A program made the translations under genes and the position numbers. Under the pieces are notes generated by a model. The model was not told where the DNA came from, ran no database searches, and saw only the letters and a list, made by a program, of their open reading frames with translations. From the NCBI GenBank assembly GCA_963783575.1, contig CAWAOD010000016.1:224001-288000 (forward strand): a stretch of DNA of 64,000 nucleotides. Reading direction: 5' to 3'. This DNA is from an uncultured Spirochaetota bacterium. GTDB lineage: Bacteria > Spirochaetota > Brevinematia > Brevinematales > JAOACQ01. Below, in pieces: positions 41,398 to 51,587 of this stretch; position 1 is the stretch's first letter; every line of letters starts with the position of its first letter.

Positions 41398-41832
41398 ATG
41401 AAATTATCTACAAAATCAAGATACGGCGTCAGGCTGATGCTTGAGCTTGCAGTGAATTATCAAAGGGGATATGTCCAGCTTAATGAAATAGCAAAAAATC
41501 AAAACATTCCCGGGAAATATTCCGAGCAGATTATCAGCCAGTTAAAATCGGCAGGCCTGGTGCAGTCACAGAGAGGCGCAATGGGAGGATATATTCTTTC
41601 AAAAAATCCCTCTGAAATTAATCTGGAGAATATTGTTGAAATACTTGAGGGAAATTTATCGCTATTGGATTGTCTTGAAGACGGCCTTTGCGAAAAAAAC
41701 GGAATGTGCCCATCTCAAAACGTATGGAGAAAGCTGTCAATTGCAATGACTGAGACGCTTGAAAATATTACGCTTGAGAATATGCTGGATGATTATAAAA
41801 TTCTAAATAATATGCTTACTTTTGATATTTAA
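41398..41832 (+). CDS. Rrf2-family transcriptional regulator (CymR/IscR-like)
   Basis: MKLSTKSRYG, SQRGAMGGY, three Cys (CLEDGLC...C); upstream of cysK. Confidence 0.9.
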   Translation: MKLSTKSRYGVRLMLELAVNYQRGYVQLNEIAKNQNIPGKYSEQIISQLKSAGLVQSQRGAMGGYILSKNPSEINLENIVEILEGNLSLLDCLEDGLCEKNGMCPSQNVWRKLSIAMTETLENITLENMLDDYKILNNMLTFDI

Positions 41833-41874
41833 ATTATTTTATTATGCTAACAGACGGTAGAATTATAAAATAAA

Positions 41875-42035
41875 CAGTTTTTTATACCCCGGTATCCGGC
41901 CTGAGAAACTGCAGATTGTAATTTTATAGAAGTGATAAAAAAAAATAGTTAACAAGTGGTTTAATTCAAGATATGCAGATAAGTGAAATAATCTAATGAA
42001 ATCACTTCCATAAAATTACAATAAGGAGGAATCAT
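41875..42035 (+). promoter_or_regulatory. Structured leader, copy 1 (before cysK)
   Basis: Near-identical to 43024-43187; contains a 22-bp inverted repeat (41915-41936 / 42001-42022) abutting the RBS. Confidence 0.7.
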
Positions 42036-42959
42036 ATGAAAGTCGCGAATAGCATTACGGATTTAATCGGTAATACGCCGCTTGTCAGGCTGAATAAACT
42101 TGCGGAGGGCCTGCAGGCTGAAGTACTGCTGAAACTGGAGTTTTTTAACCCGCTTTCCAGTATAAAGGATAGAATCGGTCTCGCTATGATCGAAGACACT
42201 GAAAAGCGCGGATTGATCAAAAAAGATACCGTTATAATCGAACCGACAAGCGGTAATACGGGAATAGCCCTGGCATTTGTCTGCGCGGCAAAAGGTTACA
42301 GGCTTATACTTGCAATGCCTGAAACATTCAGCCTTGAAAGAAGAAAGCTCCTGAAGATATTTGGGGCCGAACTTATTTTAACTGAAGGGGCAAAAGGAAT
42401 GGCTGGCGCCGTCGAAAAGGCGGAGGAACTACTGAAGCAGTTTCCTTCGGCTTTTATGCCACAGCAGTTCAAGAATCCTGCAAATCCGGAAATTCATAGG
42501 AAAACCACTGCCGAAGAAATCTGGAAAGACACCGAAGGTAAAGTGGACTTCCTTGTGGCGGGGATCGGCACAGGCGGCTCACTAACCGGTATAAGTGAAG
42601 TAATCAAAAGCAGAAAACCAGGTTTTAGGACCATAGCGGTTGAGCCGTCGGATTCGCCGATTTTATCGGGGGGAAAACCGGGACCGCATAAAATACAGGG
42701 CATAGGACCGAACTTTATTCCGGAGGTTCTTAATACCAAAATCATCGATGAGGTGATACAGGTAAAACATGAAGATGCTGGGGCAACATCCAGGCTTTTA
42801 GCAAAAAAGGAAGGCATTCTGGCCGGGATTTCTTCCGGGGCAAATGTATGGGCAGCTATCCAGGTTGCTAAAAGACCGGATAATAAAGGGAAAACTATTA
42901 TTACCATTATTCCTGACACGGGAGAAAGGTATCTCAGCACCTGGCTTTTTGATGAATAG
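42036..42959 (+). CDS. cysK: Cysteine synthase A
   Basis: [39 protein letters not shown]. Confidence 0.96.
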   Translation: MKVANSITDLIGNTPLVRLNKLAEGLQAEVLLKLEFFNPLSSIKDRIGLAMIEDTEKRGLIKKDTVIIEPTSGNTGIALAFVCAAKGYRLILAMPETFSLERRKLLKIFGAELILTEGAKGMAGAVEKAEELLKQFPSAFMPQQFKNPANPEIHRKTTAEEIWKDTEGKVDFLVAGIGTGGSLTGISEVIKSRKPGFRTIAVEPSDSPILSGGKPGPHKIQGIGPNFIPEVLNTKIIDEVIQVKHEDAGATSRLLAKKEGILAGISSGANVWAAIQVAKRPDNKGKTIITIIPDTGERYLSTWLFDE

Positions 42960-43023
42960 TGACTGAGTAACTTCCATAATAGTTGTTAAGTTTTGATAAG
43001 CTTAACATCAATGATATACAGCC

Positions 43024-43187
43024 GCAGTTTTTTTACACCCCGGTATTCGGCCTGAGAAAAACTGCAGAATTTTATGGAAGTGACAAAAAAAACAATAGTT
43101 AACAAGGTGATTAATTCAGGATATACAAATAAGTGAAATAATCTAATGAAGTCACTTCCATAAAATTACAATAAGGAGGAAAATAAA
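43024..43187 (+). promoter_or_regulatory. Structured leader, copy 2 (before metY)
   Basis: Perfect 17-bp inverted repeat (43068-43084 / 43151-43167) plus upstream hairpin gcagttttt...aaaaactgc. Confidence 0.7.
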
Positions 43188-44486
43188 ATGAGTGATTTTA
43201 GCCTTGAAAAGGCGGGGTTTGATACCCAAGCACTGCACGCAGGGCAGAAAGTTGATGAAACCACATCGAGAGGAGTCCCGATTTACAGGACAAGCTCCTT
43301 TATATTCAAGAGTGCGGAACATGCCGCCAATTTGTTTGGTTTGAAGGAATTTGGCAATATTTATACCCGCCTTACAAATCCAACGAATTCCGTCCTTGAG
43401 GAGCGAATTACCAAACTTGAAGGAGGAGCTGCGTCGGTATCGGTATCATCAGGAACAAGCGGAGTTTTTTATGCAATCATCAATCTGGCAAAAGTAGGCG
43501 ATGAAATTGTGTCGGCATCAAACCTTTACGGAGGCACATATACGATGTTCGACGCAATTCTTCCCGACCTCGGGATTACCGTCAAATTTGCAGATCATAA
43601 AGACCCGTTAAGCTTTGAGAAATTGATCACCCCAAAAACACGGGCTCTGTTTATTGAAACGATCGGCAACCCGGTGCTTGACTTTACGGATATTGGCGCG
43701 ATATCTGCTGTGGCAAAAAAGCATCATATTCCCTTGATTGTTGACGCTACCTTTACTACACCTTATTTGTTCAGATCAATCGAGCATGGCGCAAACATAG
43801 TGGTTAACTCGCTAACAAAATGGATAGGCGGCCATGGTACGGCGATCGGCGGGATTGTAACCGATGCCGGCAATTTCGACTGGTCTGATAAGAAATTCAC
43901 ACTTTTTAACGAGCCCGACAAAAATTATCATGGACTGCGCTGGGCGATTGACCTGGATAATTCCCTCAAGCCGATCGCATACGCTTTAAGGTTCAGGACC
44001 GTTCCTCTCCGCAACCTTGGCGCATGTTTAGCGCCGGATAATTCGTGGATATTTCTTCAGGGAACTGAAACGCTTCATGTAAGAATGCCAAGGCACAGTG
44101 AAAACGCACTTGCAGTGGCCGAATTCCTGAAAAAGCATCCGAAAGTTTCCTGGGTTCGATATCCGGGACTGAAAGATGACCCAACATATCCTATAGCCAG
44201 CAAGTATTTGAAAAAGGGGTTCGGAGGGATGGTTGTATTCGGAGTAAAGGGAGGCAGACCAGCTGGGGAAAAACTGATCGAAAGCCTGAAATTGTTTTCA
44301 CACCTCGCGAATGTCGGCGATGCAAAGTCGCTGGCGCTACATCCGGCCAGCACATCACACTCCCAGCTTTCCGAGGAACAGCAGAAAGAAGGCGGTCTGA
44401 CACCTGATCTTGTAAGGTTATCAATTGGGTTGGAAAATATCGGCGATATCAAAGCCGATCTGGACCAGGCTTTGGCGAAAGCTTAA
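43188..44486 (+). CDS. metY: O-acetylhomoserine/O-acetylserine sulfhydrylase
   Basis: GNIYTRLTNPT, LYGGT, SLTKWIGGHG, HLANVGDAKSL, RLSIGLE. Confidence 0.93.
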   Translation: MSDFSLEKAGFDTQALHAGQKVDETTSRGVPIYRTSSFIFKSAEHAANLFGLKEFGNIYTRLTNPTNSVLEERITKLEGGAASVSVSSGTSGVFYAIINLAKVGDEIVSASNLYGGTYTMFDAILPDLGITVKFADHKDPLSFEKLITPKTRALFIETIGNPVLDFTDIGAISAVAKKHHIPLIVDATFTTPYLFRSIEHGANIVVNSLTKWIGGHGTAIGGIVTDAGNFDWSDKKFTLFNEPDKNYHGLRWAIDLDNSLKPIAYALRFRTVPLRNLGACLAPDNSWIFLQGTETLHVRMPRHSENALAVAEFLKKHPKVSWVRYPGLKDDPTYPIASKYLKKGFGGMVVFGVKGGRPAGEKLIESLKLFSHLANVGDAKSLALHPASTSHSQLSEEQQKEGGLTPDLVRLSIGLENIGDIKADLDQALAKA

Positions 44487-44517
44487 ATCTTATCAATTCA
44501 TAAATAAATTCTGTATA

Positions 44518-44552
44518 ATCCGCCGGATATTTTCCGGCGGATAATTATTTTG
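44518..44552 (+). terminator. Hairpin terminator after metY
   Basis: atccgccgga-tattt-tccggcggat followed by an AT-rich tract. Confidence 0.7.
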
Positions 44553-44644
44553 ATTATATCAAAATAATTTTCAAATAAAGTTATGTCGAGCCAGTTTGCT
44601 TCAGAACTTTTTTGTTTATGTTTTTACCAATCTCAAAAATGAGA

Positions 44645-45427
44645 TTACTTTTTCATAAACATTGCGGATATCCCGGTTACAAGTAATCTTGGTGTCAATC
44701 TCAGACTAAATATCAACCACCAGTTCAGTAATCCAGTGATCACATAAGATTTTTTTTGTGCAAGCGCCCTGTAGCCGATATTCGCCACTTTATTTGCGTC
44801 CATTGCAAGGTATTTAAAATAAGGTGTTGCTTCAATATCCGCTTTTTTCGCGAATTCAGTCACCGTTGCTCCGGGACACAACGCTGTAATGCAAACACCG
44901 CAAGATCGAAGTTCATAACCGATTGCTTCACTTAAACTAAGGATATAGGCCTTAGTTGCACAATATACTGCGTTATATGGATTGGGTGCAAATGCTCCTG
45001 TGGAAGCCAGGTTTAATATCCATCCCCGTTGCTTCCGCTTCATATCCTCAGAAAAAAGGCGGCATAATACGGATGGTACTTCCAGATTGACTGTGATTAA
45101 ACCTTTAATATCATTCATTCTTGAATATGCAAAATCACCGTATACCTGATATCCGGCATTATTAACAAGGATATCAATTCCGCCTTTTTTCTGTACCTCG
45201 TAAAATAATTTATCCGGGGCACCTTCTTCCAGTAAATCCACTGCAATAATCTCAACGTTAACCTGATATATTTCCCTGATATTCCGTGCGGTATCCTCGA
45301 GAACTGCTGCATTTCTGCCGTGTAGTATAAGTGAATGACAACTTTTTGCAAAGCGATAAGCGAGAGCCAATCCAATACCGCTGGTTGCCCCTGTTATTAA
45401 TGCTCTTCCCTGTAAAATTTTTTTCAC
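44645..45427 (-). CDS. SDR-family oxidoreductase
   Basis: TGATSGIG, NNAG, YCATK. Confidence 0.92.
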   Translation of the reverse strand: MKKILQGRALITGATSGIGLALAYRFAKSCHSLILHGRNAAVLEDTARNIREIYQVNVEIIAVDLLEEGAPDKLFYEVQKKGGIDILVNNAGYQVYGDFAYSRMNDIKGLITVNLEVPSVLCRLFSEDMKRKQRGWILNLASTGAFAPNPYNAVYCATKAYILSLSEAIGYELRSCGVCITALCPGATVTEFAKKADIEATPYFKYLAMDANKVANIGYRALAQKKSYVITGLLNWWLIFSLRLTPRLLVTGISAMFMKK

Positions 45428-45440
45428 AATAATCCTCCTT

Positions 45441-45467
45441 TATATAATGACCATTGGTCATTATATA
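45441..45467. promoter_or_regulatory. TetR operator, copy before the SDR gene
   Basis: Perfect palindrome tatataatgacca-t-tggtcattatata. Confidence 0.8.
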
Positions 45468-45476
45468 GTAAAAAAA

Positions 45477-46118
45477 TTAACTTTTATGATATCCTGCAAT
45501 AACAAGTTTTAAAGCAGCACTAAGCGAATGGTTAAAATCAATCTTAAAAACTGCCATTTCAGGTATTTCAATCACCTTACGTACATTCTTTGCCGGTTCT
45601 GCCATACTCTGATAACCGGTAATTAACGCTTGAAACAAAACTAGAAATTCAGCTCCTTCTCCTTTTTTCATACCCGGTATTATCTTTTCAATAATTGATC
45701 CCATAAGCTGAATTTCAAATAATAAAAACTTCTTAAACTGATACGCCAGTTTATAAGAAATATTTTCCTCTAATACCGAATGCATTATCCGGAGAAGTTT
45801 CGGAAATTCTTTTCTCAATGACAGCCCTTCAACCAAAATACCAACCAGTTCATCCGAATGTCCTATTGGAAGAGTCTTAATGTTTTTTTTAATCCAGTCG
45901 AAATATTCACGATAACAGGCGCTTACTACACTAAAAAACAATTCTTCTTTTGTCTGGAAATACAAAAAAAATGTCCCCTTCGCAATACCGGCATTCTTTG
46001 TTATACTGGCAACTGTTACTCTCTGGTATTCTGTCAGCGCGAATAAATCCATAGCTGAAGAGATTATAGCCTGACTCCTGCTTTCCCGCTCCTCTGCGGA
46101 TAATGTTTTTCGGGGCAT
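45477..46118 (-). CDS. TetR/AcrR-family regulator
   Basis: HTH segment VASITKNAGIAKGTFFLYFQTKEELF; start MPRK chosen because of RBS aggaaaggag. Confidence 0.9.
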   Translation of the reverse strand: MPRKTLSAEERESRSQAIISSAMDLFALTEYQRVTVASITKNAGIAKGTFFLYFQTKEELFFSVVSACYREYFDWIKKNIKTLPIGHSDELVGILVEGLSLRKEFPKLLRIMHSVLEENISYKLAYQFKKFLLFEIQLMGSIIEKIIPGMKKGEGAEFLVLFQALITGYQSMAEPAKNVRKVIEIPEMAVFKIDFNHSLSAALKLVIAGYHKS

Positions 46119-46132
46119 CTCCTTTCCTCTAT

Positions 46133-46151
46133 ATATGACCATTGGTCATAT
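46133..46151. promoter_or_regulatory. TetR operator, autoregulatory copy
   Basis: atatgaccattggtcatat; same 15-bp core as at 45447. Confidence 0.8.
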
Positions 46152-46232
46152 TATAATTAAAATCTTTTCTTATGTCAAGCAATTCTGTTAAATTTTAATA
46201 TATACTAGCCGGAAATAAATTTTCAAAAACTA

Positions 46233-46277
46233 TTGACAAGGGATTAAAAATTTGATATACTTAGTAAGTACTAAGTA
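46233..46277 (+). promoter_or_regulatory. Promoter and operator of the second TetR gene
   Basis: ttgaca-17-tatact; palindrome tacttagta-ag-tactaagta (46258-46277) overlaps the -10/+1 region. Confidence 0.75.
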
Positions 46278-46291
46278 AGTATGGAGAAAAT

Positions 46292-46897
46292 ATGTCTTCT
46301 GAAAAAAGAATGAGCAGGGAAGAAAGAAGTTTACAAATTATTACCGTCGGAGAGAAGATTTTTCTGGAAAAGGGATTTAACCTTACTGCGAAAGACATTG
46401 CGGAAAAGATTGGCATTAGCGAAACTATGATCTATACAATCTTTCCTAATAAAAAAAAGATTATTGATGCTATATATGACCACCATTTTCGTGATAAAGC
46501 CGGTAGGATTAAAACCGGCGAGTTTGGGCCGGACTACAAAGAAAGGCTCACAATCTATATGTTTTATTTTCTCAAAGCGATATATACTGAAAATACGATG
46601 GAAATGCTTCTTCTTTACTCGCTGGAGAAGTCGAAAAATAAGCCTGATTTCGCAATATTGGGAAAGATAATCCCGGGTATGATAAAACCCATGGAAAATT
46701 ATCTTGCATCCGGAGTTGAAAAAGGCTATCTCCGTGAAATCGATCCGGTTTCGGCCACGGACTTTATTCATAACAGTGTTTTCAATTTTGTTTTTCTGCA
46801 TTTATTTTTTTATAAAGAAAGATATTCAGATGAAGAACTAAAAAAAATCATAGGAGGCTTTGTTGATCTAATTTTAAATGGGATTTTAAAAAAATAA
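46292..46897 (+). CDS. TetR/AcrR-family regulator
   Basis: HTH segment TAKDIAEKIGISETMIYTIFPNK. Confidence 0.88.
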   Translation: MSSEKRMSREERSLQIITVGEKIFLEKGFNLTAKDIAEKIGISETMIYTIFPNKKKIIDAIYDHHFRDKAGRIKTGEFGPDYKERLTIYMFYFLKAIYTENTMEMLLLYSLEKSKNKPDFAILGKIIPGMIKPMENYLASGVEKGYLREIDPVSATDFIHNSVFNFVFLHLFFYKERYSDEELKKIIGGFVDLILNGILKK

Positions 46898-47031
46898 CAA
46901 TTTGCAAAATTTAAATTATTTAAATTCATTTGATAAATCCGAATTACAAGTTATATGTTGCACCGGAAAATACAATATAATATCGTATTATCTATATATA
47001 TAGATAATACTATAATTTAAGGAGATAAATT

Positions 47032-47760
47032 ATGATAAGAATATCTTTAATGTTTCTATTTTTCTCAGTCGCTCTAACGGTCAGCCTGTTCGCAGAAGAT
47101 TCGCCGGACGGACTGATTAAGAAATCGGATGCTGTGTTATACGGGCAGTCCTTTACAGCCGATCTGGAGATCAGCGTATATAAAAACGGACAGTTGGATC
47201 AAACAACCCGTATGCAGGCTTTTTTAAAAGGAAATCATAAAATGATTCTCATCTATTTTTACCCGACCCGAGATAAAGACCGCGCATTGCTGAAAGACGG
47301 TGATGATTTATGGCTATATATGCCCTCGAACAGGAAATTTCTGAAAATCGGTTCCCGCCAGAGAATGGGTGAGAGCGATTTCAATTACGGTGATATCCTG
47401 AATGTAAATCTTTCCGAGGATTATGATGCTAAAATAATATCAGAGACCAACATCCAGGATCAGCCTTCATATGAATTGGAACTGCTGGCCAAGACCCCCG
47501 AGGTTACTTATGCGAAAATTATCTGTTTTATACGGAAAGCCGATCTGGCGCCGGTTAAAAGGGAATTTTATACCAAAACTGATAAGCTGATGAAGGAGAT
47601 GGTTTTTGCGGATTACCAGGGAGTGCGACCAATGAAGTTCATTATGAGCGGGACTCTGAACAAAACGGAGTATTCCACAATGGTGTTTTCAAATTTGAAG
47701 TTAAACGTTGCTCTTGAAGATGAGATGTTCACCAAATCTTTTATTGAAAGAAGAAGATAA
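47032..47760 (+). CDS. Outer-membrane lipoprotein-sorting protein (LolA-like)
   Basis: Signal peptide; LKDGDDLWLYMP and MGESDFNYGD motifs. Confidence 0.85.
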   Translation: MIRISLMFLFFSVALTVSLFAEDSPDGLIKKSDAVLYGQSFTADLEISVYKNGQLDQTTRMQAFLKGNHKMILIYFYPTRDKDRALLKDGDDLWLYMPSNRKFLKIGSRQRMGESDFNYGDILNVNLSEDYDAKIISETNIQDQPSYELELLAKTPEVTYAKIICFIRKADLAPVKREFYTKTDKLMKEMVFADYQGVRPMKFIMSGTLNKTEYSTMVFSNLKLNVALEDEMFTKSFIERRR

Positions 47761-47777
47761 GGATTAAGAGAATTGCT

Positions 47778-49112
47778 ATGAGAAAATATCTTATTATAAT
47801 ACTGATTCTTACATTAAAAGCATTGGCTTTTCCGGTAAATTTCAGCGGAAGCTTAAGCCTGGAGTCTTATTATCAGTCGGTATCAAATATAAGCCTTTTG
47901 AACCGTGATGATATCCTTGAATTACCTGCTTGGAATTACCTGGTCTCTTTTAAAACAAAGGTGTCGGATCAGCTTTTTACTGCGCAAAATCATTATTACT
48001 TGAAAGTAAGGGGTTACATAAACTTCAGCTCGACTTATGACAGCTTTTCAAACAACTATACGAATCAGGAGGGGAGCCTTTTGTTCGGAGCCGATGAGTT
48101 TTATCTGGATTATGAAGCGTTCCCCTGGCTTTATTTTCTGGCGGGTAAGGAAAGGACAATATGGGGAAACGGTCTTCTCTTCAACCCGATGGATATTATC
48201 AATCCGAAAAAAGACAGATTCAATCCCATTCATGATGAAGAAGGGGCAATGATGTTTAAAACAGTATTACAGGGCGAAAATCTATCCGCAAGCATTTATG
48301 TTCTTCCGGATTTTATCGATTCCACCAATCGCTTTGAATATATGAATACGGCAGCGGCCGGAAAGTTATCGGCGGATATTTTTGATATCGAATTTAATCT
48401 TTATTATTATGAAAGTTTTGATAAGGGGCAGGAAATAAATGCTTTGCCGAAATACGGACTTACTTTAAATTACCTTGTTCCCGGCTGGGATATGAATCTT
48501 TACACCGATTGGCTCAATGATAGGGAAAATACTTATACCTATTATAAGGACAGTGGCAATAATTATGAAAGCTATAATAAAAACAATCTGGATGCTATAT
48601 CAGGGATAATAGGCCTGTCCTATAACAAAAATTTTGGAATTCAATTCAGTATCGCCGCGGAATACTTTTACAATGGCGAAGGGTGCAATCCCAATGAGAA
48701 AAAGAATTATTTTAATTATCTGAAAAGTAATTATGATGAGCTGGACAGGATAAAAAATAAGAGCGGTATTTATGAAAATTTGCCTTCATCATCCTTAGCC
48801 GGTATACAGGAACAGAGGATCGGTATCATTAAATCGACGATAGGCATGAATGACGATTTTTATCTTAACCGCCATTACCTGGGTATTAATCTGGTATTGT
48901 CGGATATTTTCAGTTTTCTGGATTTAAAAAGTTATGTTATGACTTCGCTTCCGGATATGGATATCTTTACCTATCAGGAAGCCCAGCTTAATTTTTGGGA
49001 TAATTTTAATATTGTTTTATATAGCCTGATTGCCGGCGGAAACTCTTATTCCCAATATGGGAATAATTATTTTAATTACAGCATCGGAAATAAGATCAGT
49101 TTTATATTCTAA
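47778..49112 (+). CDS. Hypothetical outer-membrane beta-barrel-like protein
   Basis: Signal peptide, GKERTIWG..FNPMDIINP, C-terminal Phe; sits in the LolA-like/ABC operon. Confidence 0.7.
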   Translation: MRKYLIIILILTLKALAFPVNFSGSLSLESYYQSVSNISLLNRDDILELPAWNYLVSFKTKVSDQLFTAQNHYYLKVRGYINFSSTYDSFSNNYTNQEGSLLFGADEFYLDYEAFPWLYFLAGKERTIWGNGLLFNPMDIINPKKDRFNPIHDEEGAMMFKTVLQGENLSASIYVLPDFIDSTNRFEYMNTAAAGKLSADIFDIEFNLYYYESFDKGQEINALPKYGLTLNYLVPGWDMNLYTDWLNDRENTYTYYKDSGNNYESYNKNNLDAISGIIGLSYNKNFGIQFSIAAEYFYNGEGCNPNEKKNYFNYLKSNYDELDRIKNKSGIYENLPSSSLAGIQEQRIGIIKSTIGMNDDFYLNRHYLGINLVLSDIFSFLDLKSYVMTSLPDMDIFTYQEAQLNFWDNFNIVLYSLIAGGNSYSQYGNNYFNYSIGNKISFIF

Positions 49113-49134
49113 GTCATATTATGGGAGGGAGTAA

Positions 49135-50361
49135 ATGCTGCTTTTGATGCAGATGGCGTTCCGGAATGTTTTCAGGAATAAAAGAAGGACTATGATCACC
49201 GAACTGGCGATCATTTTTGGGATTGTTGTGATCGTCTTTGTCAGCGGTTTATTAAAAAGTATGGAAATCGGCTGGAGTGAAAACCTTATACAATCGGATC
49301 TCGGGCATATACAAATTATGGCAAAAGGGCTTAATGAAAATGAGAGTTTGAAATATACGATAAAAAATGGCGCCGGGATTGCGGCGCAATTAAAATCGGA
49401 TCGCAATATCAAAGCATTTTCCCCACGGATCAATGTTTCCGGTTTGGTCAGTACCGGTGAGAACACGGAGGTCTTTATCGGAACCGGTATCGATCCGGAA
49501 ACTCACCTTAAAATGCTCAGGAAAGCTACCAACAACATTGTGGAAGGGAAATATATCTCGCCCGGTGATGAGGATGGAGCTTTATTAGGAATCGGGCTTG
49601 CCGGAAAAATTCATGCAAAAGTCGGCGATATGCTGACCCTTGCCGCTAATGATAAATACGGCAGCCTGAATGCCGTGGATATCAGGGTAACAGGTATCCT
49701 GAAAGTCGGGGATAAATTCACCGACGACCACCTTGTAGTTTTTCATATAAAAAATGCGAGAACTTTAGTGAGTTTTGATCAGGATGAGGTATCAAAATTT
49801 GTCTGCACGGTATATAAAACGGATGATACAATAGCTGTTATGAATTCATTAAAAAAATCCTTTGCGGGAAATGATGGAATAGAAATTTTTTCCTGGCATG
49901 AACTTTCGAGTCTGTTAAACTCAGTTGTCATACTGTTTTCTGCCATTAGCAATATTCTCACCCTTATTCTGCTTTTCCTGACGCTGGTCGGCGTTATGAA
50001 TACAGTTCTGATGAGTACATTTGAAAGAACCCGTGAAATCGGCACCATGATGGCGATCGGCTCCTCCGGTACACAAGTGGTAGCACTTTTTATTATGGAA
50101 TCGGCGGTGATAGGCGTCATAGGCATTATTGCCGGGAATATTTTAGGCATCATTGTGAACATATTTATATCAGCCATCGGTGGGATCCACCTTCCGCCGC
50201 CGCCAACACAGACCCGCGGGATCAACCTTTTGCCTCTTATATTACCGGGGAGGCTTTTGTTTATATCCGGACTGGTTTTAATAACTTCCGTTATCGCTGC
50301 AATTTATCCGGCGGTACATGCTTCAAGGCAGAAACCGGTGGAAGCTTTAAGATCGAATTAG
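49135..50361 (+). CDS. ABC transporter permease (LolC/E, FtsX-like)
   Basis: AFRNVFRNKRRT, ERTREIGTMMAIG, AAIYPA...PVEALR. Confidence 0.9.
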   Translation: MLLLMQMAFRNVFRNKRRTMITELAIIFGIVVIVFVSGLLKSMEIGWSENLIQSDLGHIQIMAKGLNENESLKYTIKNGAGIAAQLKSDRNIKAFSPRINVSGLVSTGENTEVFIGTGIDPETHLKMLRKATNNIVEGKYISPGDEDGALLGIGLAGKIHAKVGDMLTLAANDKYGSLNAVDIRVTGILKVGDKFTDDHLVVFHIKNARTLVSFDQDEVSKFVCTVYKTDDTIAVMNSLKKSFAGNDGIEIFSWHELSSLLNSVVILFSAISNILTLILLFLTLVGVMNTVLMSTFERTREIGTMMAIGSSGTQVVALFIMESAVIGVIGIIAGNILGIIVNIFISAIGGIHLPPPPTQTRGINLLPLILPGRLLFISGLVLITSVIAAIYPAVHASRQKPVEALRSN

Positions 50362-50376
50362 AAAAAGGAGAAATAA

Positions 50377-51045
50377 ATGATTAGATTAAATGTTATCAAA
50401 AAAAATTACCGGTTGGGAGAAACAACTGTTGAGGCTTTAAAAGGGATCAGTTTTGAAATTCAAAAAGGTGATTTTATCTGTATAGCCGGAAGTTCGGGAA
50501 GCGGTAAAACGACATTGCTCAATATTATCGGATGCCTGGACAAGCAAGACAATGGGAATTATTCACTGGACGGGATTTCTATAGACAATATCCCGGATAG
50601 AGAGCTTTATAAAATCAGAAAAAAGTATATCGGGTTCATTTTCCAGAATTTTAATCTGATACCTGTATTAACGGCTTATGAAAATGTTGAATTTCCTCTG
50701 ATACTTGAGAATATTCCGAAAATAGAAAGGAAAGAGCTTGTGGAAAGGGCTCTTAAAGAAGTTGAGCTTTTTGACCGCAGTCGGCACAAACCTGACCAGC
50801 TTTCCGGAGGTCAAAGGCAGCGGGTTGCTATCGCCCGGGCTCTGGTCAAACGTCCTCCGGTAATTCTGGCCGATGAACCTACGGCAAACTTAGATTCAAC
50901 AACCGGTTTGAAAATAATCGATTTGATGAAAAAAATCAATGAGACCGACCAAACCACTTTTATTTTTTCCACACACGACCGGGGAGTGATGGAGCATTCC
51001 AAAAGAACCATCCGCCTGGTTGACGGAGATATCGTAAAGAACTGA
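50377..51045 (+). CDS. ABC transporter ATP-binding protein (LolD-like)
   Basis: GSSGSGKT, LSGGQRQR, ADEPTANLD. Confidence 0.93.
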   Translation: MIRLNVIKKNYRLGETTVEALKGISFEIQKGDFICIAGSSGSGKTTLLNIIGCLDKQDNGNYSLDGISIDNIPDRELYKIRKKYIGFIFQNFNLIPVLTAYENVEFPLILENIPKIERKELVERALKEVELFDRSRHKPDQLSGGQRQRVAIARALVKRPPVILADEPTANLDSTTGLKIIDLMKKINETDQTTFIFSTHDRGVMEHSKRTIRLVDGDIVKN

Positions 51046-51057
51046 ACAGCCGCTTAT

Positions 51058-51450
51058 TTATTTCATCAAATAGTCCATTATTGTACCGTTACCGCATTTT
51101 GACTCACTGACAATATCAAGGGCGGTTTTTCCATCCGAGTTCCTGATATTTTTATCGGCGCCATGCTTCAGTAAAAAATGAAATGAATTCTCATTACCGA
51201 GAAGCGCTGCATACATTAATGCAGTCCACCCATCGCAATTCTGGTAATTGACCGATTCACCTGCTGACAATAATGAACTTATGGTTTTTACATCATCGGA
51301 AATAGCCGCTTTAATCAGAGCATCACCCTTTCTCAGTCTATTATGGATAATAATAACGATTGATAAAAATAGAATTAATATCCCGGGGATAATATAAAAT
51401 AAAATACCCGGCATTTTCTGTATAATTAAAAGAATAAGACCGGAACTCAT
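51058..51450 (-). CDS. Membrane-anchored ankyrin-repeat protein
   Basis: N-terminal TM helix; GWTALMYAA...LLKHGAD...GKTALD. Confidence 0.85.
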   Translation of the reverse strand: MSSGLILLIIQKMPGILFYIIPGILILFLSIVIIIHNRLRKGDALIKAAISDDVKTISSLLSAGESVNYQNCDGWTALMYAALLGNENSFHFLLKHGADKNIRNSDGKTALDIVSESKCGNGTIMDYLMK

Positions 51451-51587
51451 ACTTTCTTCCCCTCAATAATATTAATTAATATAATCATATTTATCAAGGT
51501 TGATTTCCGATATTCTTGAGTTTCTGTAAATAACTTCCGAAAAGTAAAATATTGAATAATTTTTAATTCCTTTGTAAAGCTTTTAAA

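Noticed and set aside
43074..43136. Attenuator leader peptide (MEVTKKTIVNKVINSGYTNK) before metY
   Set aside because: No Cys/Met codon run, no RBS, and the frame is not preserved in copy 1.
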